Of a stretch of DNA of 64,000 nucleotides, positions 16,906 to 27,634 are shown in pieces. This DNA is from a virus (Duplodnaviria; Caudoviricetes): IMG/VR virus record IMGVR_UViG_3300044448_008243, positions 8,088 through 72,087 of that record; one strand, 5' to 3'. How positions within the stretch are numbered: the first letter of the stretch is position 1; each line of letters begins with the position of its first letter. The notes beneath the pieces are model-generated. The model worked only from the letters and a program-made list of their open reading frames with translations. It was not told the origin of the DNA and ran no database searches. Position numbers and translations under genes: made by a program.

Positions 16906-18213
16906 GTGAAAAAAACATTTGTCCTAGACACCTGCGTTTTCCTATCCGATCCTAACTGCTTGAAACAGTTTGAAGAAAACGACATTGTTGTTCCCCTTAA
17001 AGTTTTAGATGAAATAGATAAAAACAAAGCTAGACAAGACGGAGCGGGGTTTAATGCTCGCTATGTCATCCGCATCCTAGACGTATACAGAACAAAGGGC
17101 AGCCTTTTCAAGGGCGTCTCCCTTGGCGAAGGCAAAGGAAAGCTTTTTGTACAACACTACGAAACGGAAGGGCTCCCCCATGATTTTGACTTAAGTGTAC
17201 CAGACAATCAAATCATAGCTACTGCTCTCACCGAAAAAGCAAAATACAAAAGAAAAAAAGTTATTGTTGTCTCGCAAGATATTAATATGCGTGTTAAATG
17301 TGACTCGCTTGGGCTATTATGCGAAGATTATGTAGCCCACGACACAGTTGAGAACAAGGACGAGGTATTTACGGGTTTATCCAAATATCTTGTTGACGAG
17401 CAAGTTGTTGATTCATTCTATGCAGGTGAAGATATTTTTGCCGACAAAGAAGAGATAAAACTCCAACCAAACCAATATGTGATGCTTGTGTCCAACTCAA
17501 ATGACAAGAAAACTGCTTTGGCTAGGTTTTATAGTTACAGCGACCCGCTTGTAAAAATGTATAAGATGGATAATGTATGGGGAATAGATGCTAGAAATAA
17601 AGAACAATCATTTGCTCTCGAACTCTTAATGGATCCAGATGTTGAAGTAGTATCTCTTATCGGTCAAGCCGGTTCTGGTAAAACTCTATTAGCCGTAGCA
17701 GCAGGATTAGAGCAGGTATTAGGCGACGACAATGAATATAAAAAACTTATTGTATCCAGACCTATTCAACCATTAGGAAAGGATATCGGCTTCCTGCCCG
17801 GAACACTTGAGGAAAAAATGGACCCTTGGTTGATGCCAATTAAGGATAATCTAGAGTTTTTGCTAGGAAATGACAGAGATACAGTTAAAATGTACTTCGA
17901 AAAGGGTGTAATTGAGATAGAAGCCATTACATACATCCGTGGGCGCTCTATCACAAATGCCTTCATTATTATTGACGAAGCACAGAACCTTACACGACAC
18001 GAACTTAAGACTATTCTTACTCGTGTTGGTGAGGGAACAAAAATAATTCTTACTGGCGATATCGAACAAATTGATAATATCTACATTGACGAGACCTCCA
18101 ACGGCTTAACCTATGCTGTTGAAAAATTTAAAGATTATGACATTTCAGGTCACATCACCCTCCAAAAAGGCGAACGGTCAAAGGTAGCTACCTTAGCAGC
18201 AAAGATTTTATAA
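16906..18213 (+). CDS. phoH: PhoH-family ATPase with an N-terminal PIN domain
   Basis: FVLDTCV, DNQII and VSQDINMRVK (PIN); GQAGSGKT, GFLPG and IIIDEAQN (PhoH). GTG start. Confidence 0.95.
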   Translation: MKKTFVLDTCVFLSDPNCLKQFEENDIVVPLKVLDEIDKNKARQDGAGFNARYVIRILDVYRTKGSLFKGVSLGEGKGKLFVQHYETEGLPHDFDLSVPDNQIIATALTEKAKYKRKKVIVVSQDINMRVKCDSLGLLCEDYVAHDTVENKDEVFTGLSKYLVDEQVVDSFYAGEDIFADKEEIKLQPNQYVMLVSNSNDKKTALARFYSYSDPLVKMYKMDNVWGIDARNKEQSFALELLMDPDVEVVSLIGQAGSGKTLLAVAAGLEQVLGDDNEYKKLIVSRPIQPLGKDIGFLPGTLEEKMDPWLMPIKDNLEFLLGNDRDTVKMYFEKGVIEIEAITYIRGRSITNAFIIIDEAQNLTRHELKTILTRVGEGTKIILTGDIEQIDNIYIDETSNGLTYAVEKFKDYDISGHITLQKGERSKVATLAAKIL

Positions 18214-18222
18214 CTTTTTTTC

Positions 18223-18251
18223 TTGACAAAACTTAAACATCACAATATAAT
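18223..18251 (+). promoter_or_regulatory. Perfect consensus sigma70 promoter
   Basis: TTGACA-N17-TATAAT, 12 nt upstream of the tRNA. Confidence 0.85.
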
Positions 18252-18262
18252 ATTATATATTA

Positions 18263-18339
18263 GGACCTCTAGCTCAGTTGGTTAGAGCACACCGCTCATA
18301 ACGGTTAGGTCCTCGGTTCGAGTCCGAGGGGGTCCACCA
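18263..18339 (+). tRNA. trnI: tRNA with a CAU anticodon, most likely Ile2 (lysidine-type), CCA encoded
   Basis: GGACCTC acceptor with an A discriminator resembles bacterial Ile2 tRNAs and lacks initiator features; anticodon CT-CAT-AA. Confidence 0.8.
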
Positions 18340-18353
18340 AATACGGAGAAAAA

Positions 18354-18650
18354 ATGGATATTGAGTTTAAAGATAATGTAGAGGATGTCAATGAAGTCCT
18401 TGGCGAGGTTGTAAGCCCGGAGAACGAACTAAAGTCAATGCTAGTAAATTATGTTGGCGAAAAACAATCCCCAGAGGGGGATAGTGTAACAGTTGAAATG
18501 ATTGTAGATCAGCTAGCTAATGAATTCCCTGAGTTTGTCTTAGCAGTTGCAGAAGAAAACTTTGTGCGTGGTTATCAACAAGCTTTGACTGATGTAGAGG
18601 TCGGACGAAAAGCGTGGGAAGAAGAACAGAAAGAAAATGAGCAAGAGTGA
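18354..18650 (+). CDS. Acidic hypothetical protein
   Basis: GGAG SD; coupled to the next gene. Confidence 0.75.
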   Translation: MDIEFKDNVEDVNEVLGEVVSPENELKSMLVNYVGEKQSPEGDSVTVEMIVDQLANEFPEFVLAVAEENFVRGYQQALTDVEVGRKAWEEEQKENEQE

Positions 18651-19332
18651 TTACATAAGGGAAAGTTTAAAAAAAGCTAAATCTATGAATCACTATAGTT
18701 TGTTTGGTTCTGAAATACCCATTTATATAAAAGATAAACTAATCTTCACAGATGATAAAAGCACACTTGAAGATGTAATAAAAATAGTAGAAAATTCACT
18801 TCCTTCCTTCCTTGTCTCTAATGTAGATGTAATCTACGTTGGGGACTTTTCTTTGTTTCAAGAACGGGATACAAATGCTGCATACGAAAACGGGGCAATT
18901 TATGTCATTAGTACACAAGATAATGCAGAAGATATGGCTGATGATATTGTTCATGAAATAGCGCATGCTGTAGAGGAAAAGTATTACGATAAAATTTATG
19001 GTGATGTAAGGGTAGAGAATGAATTTCTAGGAAAAAGAGCCAAGTTATATCAAATATTAAAAGCATATGAAGAGCCCCTTTTAGATTATGTGTATTTTCA
19101 GTACCCACTATACAATCATAAATTCGATGAATATTTATACACTCAAGTAGGTTATCCAGCATTGTCAGCATATGTAAATGGATTGTTTTATTCACCATAC
19201 GCTGTTACTTCCGTCAGAGAATACTTCGCAAGAGGTTTTGAAGCATATTTCTTGTATAAAGATTTAAAAACACTTGCAAACATTAGCCCCATACTGTATA
19301 ATAGGATAGAAACTTTAGCAGATATGGAGTAA
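18637..19332 (+). CDS. HExxH zincin-like metallopeptidase (anthrax-LF/Mtfa-like pattern)
   Basis: IVHEIAHAVE followed by SPYAVTSVREYFARGFE. Confidence 0.65.
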   Translation: MSKSDYIRESLKKAKSMNHYSLFGSEIPIYIKDKLIFTDDKSTLEDVIKIVENSLPSFLVSNVDVIYVGDFSLFQERDTNAAYENGAIYVISTQDNAEDMADDIVHEIAHAVEEKYYDKIYGDVRVENEFLGKRAKLYQILKAYEEPLLDYVYFQYPLYNHKFDEYLYTQVGYPALSAYVNGLFYSPYAVTSVREYFARGFEAYFLYKDLKTLANISPILYNRIETLADME

Positions 19333-19334
19333 AA

Positions 19335-20108
19335 ATGGGTCACATTAGCTTTTCTGAGGCAAAAAACTGGAACTTTTGCCCTTTTTACCATAAATTAATG
19401 AACATTGACAAGGTAAAAGGCTTTGAAGGTAACGCTTTCACTGCTTTTGGTAATGCTATACACGACACCTGCGAAAAAATGATGACCGAAGGTTTAGACG
19501 ATAAAAAGTCGTTTTTTGACCTAAAATTTAAGGAAATCCTTGAAAATCTGCCTGAAAACGCTAATAAAGACCCAAAATTAGTCAATTCTATGCAAAATCA
19601 AGGTCCTTTAATACTGGATGAAGTACTTCCCGCCATGGAAGAGCACTTTGGAGAGTATAAAGTCCTCGCTGCCGAGGAAGACTTGATGGAAATGATTGAA
19701 GACTTCCCCTGTAAAGAGAAAAATAAGTTTAAAGGCTTTATTGACTTGGTTATTAAGACTTCTGACGGTAAAACACACATAATTGATTGGAAAACTTGCT
19801 CTTGGGGCTGGGATGCAAGGCGCAAAAGCGACCCAATGATGACATACCAGCTTACTTTTTACAAACATTATTGGGCGAAGAAACATAACGCTGACCCAAA
19901 GACAATAGAGACTCATTTCGCGCTACTTAAGAGAACTGCAAAAAAAGATAGAGTAGAAATATTTCGTGTAACGAGCGGAAAAATAAAAACTCAAAATGCA
20001 CTTAAATTTCTTGAAAAAGCGATTTACAATATTGAGAAGAAAAACTTCATTAAGAACAGACTTGCTTGTCGCAAGTGTGAATTTCACAGAACGGAATATT
20101 GCCCATGA
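19335..20108 (+). CDS. PD-(D/E)XK Cas4/RecB-like exonuclease with an Fe-S cysteine staple
   Basis: GFIDLV, IIDWKT and QLTFY; one N-terminal Cys (CPFY) plus C-terminal CRKC...YCP. Confidence 0.85.
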   Translation: MGHISFSEAKNWNFCPFYHKLMNIDKVKGFEGNAFTAFGNAIHDTCEKMMTEGLDDKKSFFDLKFKEILENLPENANKDPKLVNSMQNQGPLILDEVLPAMEEHFGEYKVLAAEEDLMEMIEDFPCKEKNKFKGFIDLVIKTSDGKTHIIDWKTCSWGWDARRKSDPMMTYQLTFYKHYWAKKHNADPKTIETHFALLKRTAKKDRVEIFRVTSGKIKTQNALKFLEKAIYNIEKKNFIKNRLACRKCEFHRTEYCP

Positions 20109-21361
20109 CAGATAAGAAAATTACGGTTTTAACCATTAGTGATCACCCACTATCGCCATCCGGTGTAGCAACTCAGACAAAATACATGATAGAAGCTTTA
20201 CTTTCTACAGGTAGATACAGGGTTATTTCTTTGGGTGGAGCAGTCAAGCATAACAAATATGAGCCACACTACGTTGATCCCCATGGAGAAGATTGGATTA
20301 TATTTCCAGTCGATGGATATGGGGAGCCGGATATTATAAGATCCGTAACTAGAAAATATAAACCAGATATTTTATGGTTTATGACAGACCCAAGATTTTA
20401 CGAGTGGCTTTGGATGATGGATAATGAAGTCAGAAACAATATTCCAATGGTTTATTATCATGTTTGGGACAATTACCCAGCTCCAGTTTTTAATAAGCAA
20501 TATTATGAATCAAACGATTTGGTGGCTTCAATATCAAAAGTCACGCACGACATCGTTTCTCAGGTTACTGATAGTGTAGAAAATATTTACTTACCTCATG
20601 CTGTTGACCACAATATATTTAAGCCGCTTGATAAAGAAGAAGTGCAGAAAATTAGGAAAGAACAAGGGTTAGAAAACAAAACTGTCTTTGTTTGGAACAA
20701 TAGAAATGCAAGAAGAAAACAAAGTGGATCTTTGATATATTGGTTTAAAAAATTCTGTGACAAAGTTGGACATGACAAAGCAGTGTTAATTATGCATACA
20801 GACCCGGCAGATCCATATGGTCAGCCCTTGGAACACTTAATACAACACTTTGGTGTGAATAATGGTCAAGTAAGATTATCAAAAAACAAAATTCCTCCAC
20901 AACAATTAGCAATGATGTATAATGTCGCCGATTGCACAATAAACATATCAGACGCAGAGGGATTCGGGCTGGCTACGCTAGAGTCCTTATCGTGTGGCAC
21001 TCCTATTATAGCAACAATGACTGGAGGTCTCCAAGAACAAGTTACAGATGGAGAAAATTGGTTTGGAATTGGCATTGAACCGTCTTCGAAAGCAGTAATT
21101 GGTTCTCATCAGGTGCCATACATATATGAGGACAGAATATCTGAAGATCAATTTGTAGATTCGCTAACAAAAATACACGAAATGAGCGATAAAGAAAGGT
21201 CTGATTTAGGAAAATCTGGTAGAGAGCATGTGAAGAAAAATTACTCTTTTGAGAAATTTCAAAATCAATGGGTAGAAGTGATGGATGAGGTAAATGAAAA
21301 ACATGGCTCTTGGGAAAATAGAAAAATTTATAAACCATGGAAATTAACACGGATTAATTAA
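20105..21361 (+). CDS. GT-B glycosyltransferase (family 4-like)
   Basis: SDHPLSPSGVATQ, NRNARRKQ and SDAEGFGLATLESLSCGTP. ATGA overlap start. Confidence 0.9.
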   Translation: MTDKKITVLTISDHPLSPSGVATQTKYMIEALLSTGRYRVISLGGAVKHNKYEPHYVDPHGEDWIIFPVDGYGEPDIIRSVTRKYKPDILWFMTDPRFYEWLWMMDNEVRNNIPMVYYHVWDNYPAPVFNKQYYESNDLVASISKVTHDIVSQVTDSVENIYLPHAVDHNIFKPLDKEEVQKIRKEQGLENKTVFVWNNRNARRKQSGSLIYWFKKFCDKVGHDKAVLIMHTDPADPYGQPLEHLIQHFGVNNGQVRLSKNKIPPQQLAMMYNVADCTINISDAEGFGLATLESLSCGTPIIATMTGGLQEQVTDGENWFGIGIEPSSKAVIGSHQVPYIYEDRISEDQFVDSLTKIHEMSDKERSDLGKSGREHVKKNYSFEKFQNQWVEVMDEVNEKHGSWENRKIYKPWKLTRIN

Positions 21362-21372
21362 AAGGGAATAGC

Positions 21373-22644
21373 ATGAGAAAGAAAATTTTAGTAAGAGCAC
21401 CTGTTCTGAGTAGGTCTGGGTATGGCGAACAGTCAAGGTTTGCTTTAAGATCACTTAGGAAACATGAGGATAGATTTGAAATATATTTAATTAATACCTC
21501 ATGGGGAGGCACTGGCTGGGTTACCGAAGATGATGAAGAGAGACAGTACATTGATTTTATAATTGAAAAAACTTATCACTTTCTTAATAACGGAGGCAAA
21601 TTTGACCTATCACTTCAGGTTACAATTCCAAATGAGTGGGAAAAATTAGCTCCATATAATGTTGGATATACTGCTGGTATAGAGACAACAAAGATAGCAC
21701 CGGAGTGGATAGAGAAGTGCAACATGATGAATAAAATAATCGTCACTTCCAATCATTCCAAACAAACAATGATAAATACTCAGTATGATCTTTATAGAAA
21801 AACCGGTCCAGACTCAAGTGAAAAAGCTGGTACTGCAAGTGTAACAGCCCCTGTAGAGGCAGTAGGATATCCAGTAAAACTAACAAAGAAAGAAAATGTG
21901 GATTTGCAATTAGAAACAGATTTCAATTTTTTGGTCGTGTCTCAATGGGGTCCCAGAAAAAATACAGTTGATACAATAAATATGTTTGTTAATAAGTTTA
22001 AAGATAACCCCAATGTCGGCTTGGTGCTAAAAGGTTTTCTTAAAAATAACTCGACTATCGATTCTATACAAGCTGAAGAATCTTTAAAAAGAGGTATACC
22101 AAAAGACGCTAAGTGTAAAGTATATCTCCTTCATGGAGATATGACAGACGAAGAGATGATAGGCTTATATTCTCATCCAAAAATTAAATGTCTCATTTCT
22201 CTGTCCCATGGTGAGGGCTGGGGTTTGCCCCTTTTTGAAGCTTCTTATACTGGGCTTCCAATTATCACAACTAATTGGAGTGGTCAGTGTGATTTCTTGA
22301 ACGTACCAACGAAACAAAGAAAAAAAGGCTCAAAAACAAAAACTAAAACAGTAAATAAGGCAATGTTTGGAGAAGTAAACTACACTCTTGGTCAAATACA
22401 AAAGGAAGCGGTATGGGACGGAGTTTTACAAGAAGACTCAATGTGGTGTTATCCGGATCAAAAAAGCTTTTTAAATGTTCTTGGAGACGTACATGAAAAT
22501 TATAAAAAATATGAGGACATGGCTAAAAAATTAAAAACTTGGGTAAGAAAAGAGTTTGAAGCAGAAAAGCAATATGATGCTTTTGCAAATGCTGTTGATA
22601 TCGGTCCTTCGCTAGGAAACCTTGATGTGGTAGAATTTAGTTAA
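21373..22644 (+). CDS. GT-B glycosyltransferase (family 4-like)
   Basis: SRSGYGEQSR, WGPRKN and HGEGWGLPLFEA. Confidence 0.88.
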   Translation: MRKKILVRAPVLSRSGYGEQSRFALRSLRKHEDRFEIYLINTSWGGTGWVTEDDEERQYIDFIIEKTYHFLNNGGKFDLSLQVTIPNEWEKLAPYNVGYTAGIETTKIAPEWIEKCNMMNKIIVTSNHSKQTMINTQYDLYRKTGPDSSEKAGTASVTAPVEAVGYPVKLTKKENVDLQLETDFNFLVVSQWGPRKNTVDTINMFVNKFKDNPNVGLVLKGFLKNNSTIDSIQAEESLKRGIPKDAKCKVYLLHGDMTDEEMIGLYSHPKIKCLISLSHGEGWGLPLFEASYTGLPIITTNWSGQCDFLNVPTKQRKKGSKTKTKTVNKAMFGEVNYTLGQIQKEAVWDGVLQEDSMWCYPDQKSFLNVLGDVHENYKKYEDMAKKLKTWVRKEFEAEKQYDAFANAVDIGPSLGNLDVVEFS

Positions 22645-24251
22645 TGAAGCAGATCATCCACATAGCAGATTTTTATGCTTCGGAGATTAGGGGAGGCGGC
22701 GAACTCGTAGATGAGATTGTCGTCTCTTCGCTCGTTAATAGGGGATACCCTGTAGCCAGAATAAAGTCTAAGAATGTAACAGAAAGGTTCATAAAAGAAA
22801 ACGCAGATAAACTTTTTATTGTTTCCAACTTTGTCATGCTGCCCGGTATGTGTATTAACTTACTCAAGTCTTGCGACTATGTGATATACGAACACGACCA
22901 CAAATATATTGTTGGGAGAGACCCTTCCCCCTACAAAGACTATAAAGTACCAGCTAACAGATTACTCAATCTAGATTTTTACAGAAGTGCTAAAGCGGTC
23001 TTCGCCCAGTCTAAGTTACACGCTGAAGTAATTAGCAAAAACATCAGAGAAGCAAATGTTATAAATCTAGGGTGCTCTTTGTGGTCAGACGAAGAGTTTG
23101 AAACCCTTCAGCAGTATGTGGATAGTAAAAAGAATGGCAAGATGGCTGTCCTAAACAGCACCAATCAGGTCAAGGGAACAGCGCAAGCTAAAAGTTTTTG
23201 TGAGCAAAATAAGATTGATTACAACTTTATTGTTTCACTAGATTATAACAACTTCATTAAGCAACTTGCGGAGCACGATGGTTTAGTTTTCTTTTCTCAG
23301 GTCCTCGAAACTTTCTGCCGTTTGGCTGTTGAAGCTCGTATTGTAAATTGCAAACTTAAAACCAATAATAACCTCGGCTGCGCTAGTGAGGAATGGTTCT
23401 CCAAATACAAAGGGCAAGAGCTTTTAGATTTTGTAAAGTCGCAAAAAACAAAGGTTATTGACAAGGTTGCGGAGGTTTTGGAAAGTGACAAAAGAACTGA
23501 AGCTACTAAAGCCCCTATTACAGTTATTTTAAATGCTTATCGTCGCCCATATAATCTTAGAATGCAGATTGATGCGATCAGGAAGCAGACAACTAGACCA
23601 ACACAGATTTGGCTGTGGGTAAATCAACACGAGGACAATGATGGATTCAATTTTAAAGAACTTAACCTTGATAGAATATTCCACAATGATTACAACTGGA
23701 AGTTCTATGGAAGGTTTGCCGCTGCTTTGTTGGCTGACACTGAGTATGTAGCCATATTTGATGACGATACTATTCCGGGCGAGAGGTGGTTTGAAAACTG
23801 CTTAGAGACAATGAAGACCAGCGAAGGCATTCTTGGATCGGCTGGTGTTACACTTAACGACAAGTTTTATGTCCAGCACGACCGCTGCGGGTGGCCTACG
23901 CAAAACAGTGAAACAACAAGAGTAGACCTAGTAGGACACGCTTGGTTCTTTAAGAGGGAGTGGCTGTCTCACCTGTGGAGAGAGAAGCCAACGACTTGGG
24001 ATAACGGTGAAGACATTCAGTTTTCATACCTTGCCCAGAAATACGGCAACATCCAAACATACTGCCCTCCACACCCACCAGAGGATAAAAGTCTCCACGG
24101 ATCTATCTTGGGCAACGAGTTGGGCATTGATATAAAAGCAACCTCAACTAACCAAGCAGTATCACATCAGCGTTTTTTCAACGAAAGAGATGTCTGCGTC
24201 CAGACAGCGATCAAGGGCGGCTGGGAAACTGTACGAGGCATAAAAGTATGA
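22644..24251 (+). CDS. Two-domain glycosyltransferase (GT-B-like + GT-A/GT2-like)
   Basis: N-half GGGE...ETFCRLAVEA; C-half ITVILNAYRRP...IFDDDTIPG...GEDIQFS. Confidence 0.8.
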   Translation: MKQIIHIADFYASEIRGGGELVDEIVVSSLVNRGYPVARIKSKNVTERFIKENADKLFIVSNFVMLPGMCINLLKSCDYVIYEHDHKYIVGRDPSPYKDYKVPANRLLNLDFYRSAKAVFAQSKLHAEVISKNIREANVINLGCSLWSDEEFETLQQYVDSKKNGKMAVLNSTNQVKGTAQAKSFCEQNKIDYNFIVSLDYNNFIKQLAEHDGLVFFSQVLETFCRLAVEARIVNCKLKTNNNLGCASEEWFSKYKGQELLDFVKSQKTKVIDKVAEVLESDKRTEATKAPITVILNAYRRPYNLRMQIDAIRKQTTRPTQIWLWVNQHEDNDGFNFKELNLDRIFHNDYNWKFYGRFAAALLADTEYVAIFDDDTIPGERWFENCLETMKTSEGILGSAGVTLNDKFYVQHDRCGWPTQNSETTRVDLVGHAWFFKREWLSHLWREKPTTWDNGEDIQFSYLAQKYGNIQTYCPPHPPEDKSLHGSILGNELGIDIKATSTNQAVSHQRFFNERDVCVQTAIKGGWETVRGIKV

Positions 24252-25243
24252 TTTTATTAAGTTTTGGAACAAGACCAGAGTGGATTAAGATTAAGCCATT
24301 GCTAGACCAAATGGATGGCAACATACCATACCGCTTGCTTTTCACAGGTCAACACACAGACCTACTCTCAAAAGTAGGCGAGGGTAAAGATTTAATAAAG
24401 TTAGAAATCAAAGACGGTCCAAATCGACTTGACTCCATCGTGAGTTCCGTTATGAACTTAGAGGAGATTTTCGAAGGCGTAACCTCTGTTTTGGTACAGG
24501 GAGATACGACCTCTGCTTTCTCTATTGCGTTAGCTGCTTTCCACAGAAGAATTAAAGTAATCCACTTGGAAGCAGGTCTAAGAACATATGATAAAAATCA
24601 ACCATATCCAGAGGAATTTAATCGACAAGCCATCTCTAGGATTGCCGACGTTCATCTTTGTCCAACCACAATGTCGAAAGACTTTTTAAAAAATGAAACA
24701 ACTCAAGGCAGAGTAGAAGTTGTAGGCAACACCGTGTTGGATAATCTGCGAGGGATACAAACAGAATACACAAATAAAGTTGTTGTAACGATGCATCGTA
24801 GAGAAAACCACCACAACATGGAAGATTGGTTTAAAGCTATTGACAAGATTGCTGAAGTAAATAAAGACTTGGAGTTTATTATTCCTCTGCATCCAAATCC
24901 CAATGTTCAAAAGCATAAGCATTTGCTAAAAAACCTTAAAATTGTTGAGCCAGTAGAGTATAATGAGTTCATAAAGTTGCTGGCTAAAACAAGGCTCGTT
25001 ATCACTGATTCTGGCGGCTTACAAGAGGAAACTTCTTTTCTAAAAAAGAAATGTATTGTATGTCGAAAGAAAACAGAAAGACTTGAAGGTGTCGGCACTT
25101 TTGCTTTAATGTGTCTTGAACCAGAGGATTTGGAAGGTCTTTTCAATCAAGTCAACGCAGATCATATACCTGTTGGAGACTGCCCCTATGGAGATGGATA
25201 CGCTGCTGAAAAAGTGTACGAGGTCTTAAAGGATGAAGTTTAA
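24248..25243 (+). CDS. wecB: UDP-N-acetylglucosamine 2-epimerase (non-hydrolysing)
   Basis: FGTRPE, TGQH, VQGDTTS, HLEAGLRT, PEEFNR, HRREN and TDSGGLQEE. Confidence 0.95.
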   Translation: MILLSFGTRPEWIKIKPLLDQMDGNIPYRLLFTGQHTDLLSKVGEGKDLIKLEIKDGPNRLDSIVSSVMNLEEIFEGVTSVLVQGDTTSAFSIALAAFHRRIKVIHLEAGLRTYDKNQPYPEEFNRQAISRIADVHLCPTTMSKDFLKNETTQGRVEVVGNTVLDNLRGIQTEYTNKVVVTMHRRENHHNMEDWFKAIDKIAEVNKDLEFIIPLHPNPNVQKHKHLLKNLKIVEPVEYNEFIKLLAKTRLVITDSGGLQEETSFLKKKCIVCRKKTERLEGVGTFALMCLEPEDLEGLFNQVNADHIPVGDCPYGDGYAAEKVYEVLKDEV

Positions 25244-26024
25244 AAAAGATTTTAAAACCTTCCTAGAAAAAATAAAAACAGGTGAGCCATTTGCTTTCAC
25301 TAGGTTTTCCGATGGTGAGCTTTATATTCTACAAAACAGAAAGATTTTTATAAAAGAAAAAACTTGTTTTCTTCGAGAACAAGAACACCCCGGTAGTTGG
25401 GGCGAGGAAGAGCACAAGTCGTTTATTCCAGAGGAAAACCAAGACCTGCGGAAGCATTTATTCAAATGCTATACTCACAAGCAACACAATTATTACAAAG
25501 GAATATGCACAAAACAAGATGTTGGAAACGATGATTGGTCATGGCAGTATGATAATGGGTTATTAAAAGACGAACAAAACTTAACTTTTGCAAATCTTTT
25601 GATTAACGGAAATTACATTAACTTTATGACACAAATGTTACCGGCAATGAAGCAAAAGAATTATGAAGTTGTGTATGTGTGCAATAAAAAAGCAGACCTT
25701 TCAGGTTTTCCATTAAATTTAAAAAAAGATTTCAGAATTGGCAGCAACTGTCACGTTAATGATACTCATTTAATAAAAGAAATGCTAGACTGGGTAGAAA
25801 AAAACAATATTAAAAATCATTTATTTCTGTTTTCAGCAGCTAGCTTGACTAATCTTTTAATATATGAGTTGTATAAAAAATTTCCCAATAACACATACAT
25901 GGATATAGGTAGCACTTTAAATCCAATGCTGGGGCTTGACGGCTGGAAAGGGAGTCGTGGTTATCTTCGTGGATATTGGCTTAAAGAACCCAATCCTTAT
26001 TATTACCAAGATTGCGAATGGTAA
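25233..26024 (+). CDS. GT-D-fold/DUF1792-like putative glycosyltransferase
   Basis: FAFTRFSDGE and SAASL...YMDIGS. Confidence 0.6.
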   Translation: MKFKKDFKTFLEKIKTGEPFAFTRFSDGELYILQNRKIFIKEKTCFLREQEHPGSWGEEEHKSFIPEENQDLRKHLFKCYTHKQHNYYKGICTKQDVGNDDWSWQYDNGLLKDEQNLTFANLLINGNYINFMTQMLPAMKQKNYEVVYVCNKKADLSGFPLNLKKDFRIGSNCHVNDTHLIKEMLDWVEKNNIKNHLFLFSAASLTNLLIYELYKKFPNNTYMDIGSTLNPMLGLDGWKGSRGYLRGYWLKEPNPYYYQDCEW

Positions 26025-26030
26025 AAGAGC

Positions 26031-26666
26031 ATGAAGAATTTTGTCTATATTATTACTGGAACCACAAAGGGTCTAGGTAAGGAAATAGAAAATGCTTTAT
26101 TATTACAAAATAAACAAGTTATTTCTATAAACAGGAGAGACATTGATTTGTCAAAACCAAAAATTTTGGCATCCTACTTACAATCTCTAAGACAAAAAAT
26201 TAACAATGAATATAAGCAGAGTGTAATTGTTTTTGTGAATAACGCTGCTATGCTGGGTCCTGTCGCGCCCATGTCTGATGTCAAGCCTTTAGAAATTATA
26301 AACACTATAGATACAAATTTAACATCCCCTATTCTAATATGTAATTTTTTATTTTCTTTGACATGTGATTGGAAATATTTTAATATTACTTCTGGTGCTG
26401 CAAAATCAAAAAATAAATATTTAGGACTTTACAGTATTACAAAATTAGGACTAGAAGAATATTTGGAATTCATGAGACTTGAGAGAGAAAATACGAATTG
26501 TAAAGGAATATACAATTTTGATCCAAAAATCATAGCAACAAATATGAACAATCAGCTTAGAGAAAATTGTTTTTTTAATAATCAGAGATTTAAAAAAACA
26601 CAACCAAAAGATGTAAAGGCAGTGGCTAAAGAATTCTGTGACTTTGTTGAGAGTAAGTTGGTATGA
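26031..26666 (+). CDS. Short-chain dehydrogenase/reductase
   Basis: TGTTKGLG, VNNAA, NITSGAA and YSITK. Confidence 0.88.
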   Translation: MKNFVYIITGTTKGLGKEIENALLLQNKQVISINRRDIDLSKPKILASYLQSLRQKINNEYKQSVIVFVNNAAMLGPVAPMSDVKPLEIINTIDTNLTSPILICNFLFSLTCDWKYFNITSGAAKSKNKYLGLYSITKLGLEEYLEFMRLERENTNCKGIYNFDPKIIATNMNNQLRENCFFNNQRFKKTQPKDVKAVAKEFCDFVESKLV

Positions 26667-27634
26667 TAAATATTTTAGTTAGTGGTGTTGGGGGAGATGT
26701 TGCACAAGGCGTTATAAAATGTCTTGATAAATCGAGTATTTGCACAAGAATATATAAAATAGGTCATAGCGTGGAAGACTCTTGGCTATACAGAGATAAC
26801 TTATCTTTTATAAGTCCTTCAGTTGGCTCAGAAGAGTATGTGCCATTTTTAGTATCTTTTATAAAACAACATGATATAGATGTTTATATCCCATGTATTG
26901 ATTCGGAAATATTAAAGATATCAGAGAACAAAAGCTTTATTAGCGAAAAGACTGGGTGCAAAATTGTTGTTGGAGATTATCAAAAAATATTGATCTGCGA
27001 GGACAAGTTCAAAACCTATGAATTTTTAAAAGATAATTCATTTTGTTATCCAGAAACTTTCTTACCATTGGAGTGCGAGTACAACAGATTTCCATACATT
27101 TTAAAATCCAGAACCGGCTGTGGATCAAAAGAGGTATTACAACTAGAAAACAAAGAACAAGTTGAAAATGTAAATTTTTCCTCTGATAAAATTATACAGG
27201 AAAAGTTAGCAGGCGATGAGTACACAGCAGGTGTTTATTTGGGTAAAGATAAGAAGGTAAAGGGAATCTGTATATTTAAGAGAAAATTAAAGTGCGGATC
27301 TACAAACTTCGCCGAGAGAATTATTGACAAAAACATGGAGTCTTATTTGAGTTTGATCGCAACAAAGTTAGGACTAGATTATGTTAATATTCAGTTTAGA
27401 TTAAAAAATGGCTTACCATGCCCATTTGAGTTTAACGGGAGATTTTCCGGTACCACTGGCATGATAAGTAGAATATTTAACGCGCCAGAAATGTGGCTTA
27501 AAGAAAACTTACTGGGTGTGAGCTTGCCTGTATCTGATAATAAAGAAAAGTTTTGCGTTATGAGATATGCAGAGGAAATATATGCAACGCAAGACGAAAT
27601 AGAGTCTTTGATGAATAGGGGCGTAAATGATTGA
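26663..27634 (+). CDS. ATP-grasp ligase (carbamoyl-phosphate-synthase-like subfamily)
   Basis: CEDKFKTYEFL, KSRTGCGSK, IIQEKL.GDEYT and FEFNGRFSGT. Confidence 0.88.
   Translation: MINILVSGVGGDVAQGVIKCLDKSSICTRIYKIGHSVEDSWLYRDNLSFISPSVGSEEYVPFLVSFIKQHDIDVYIPCIDSEILKISENKSFISEKTGCKIVVGDYQKILICEDKFKTYEFLKDNSFCYPETFLPLECEYNRFPYILKSRTGCGSKEVLQLENKEQVENVNFSSDKIIQEKLAGDEYTAGVYLGKDKKVKGICIFKRKLKCGSTNFAERIIDKNMESYLSLIATKLGLDYVNIQFRLKNGLPCPFEFNGRFSGTTGMISRIFNAPEMWLKENLLGVSLPVSDNKEKFCVMRYAEEIYATQDEIESLMNRGVND

Noticed and set aside
19335-20108. CRISPR-Cas locus suggested by the Cas4-like gene
   Set aside because: No repeat-spacer array or other cas gene was seen anywhere in the window.
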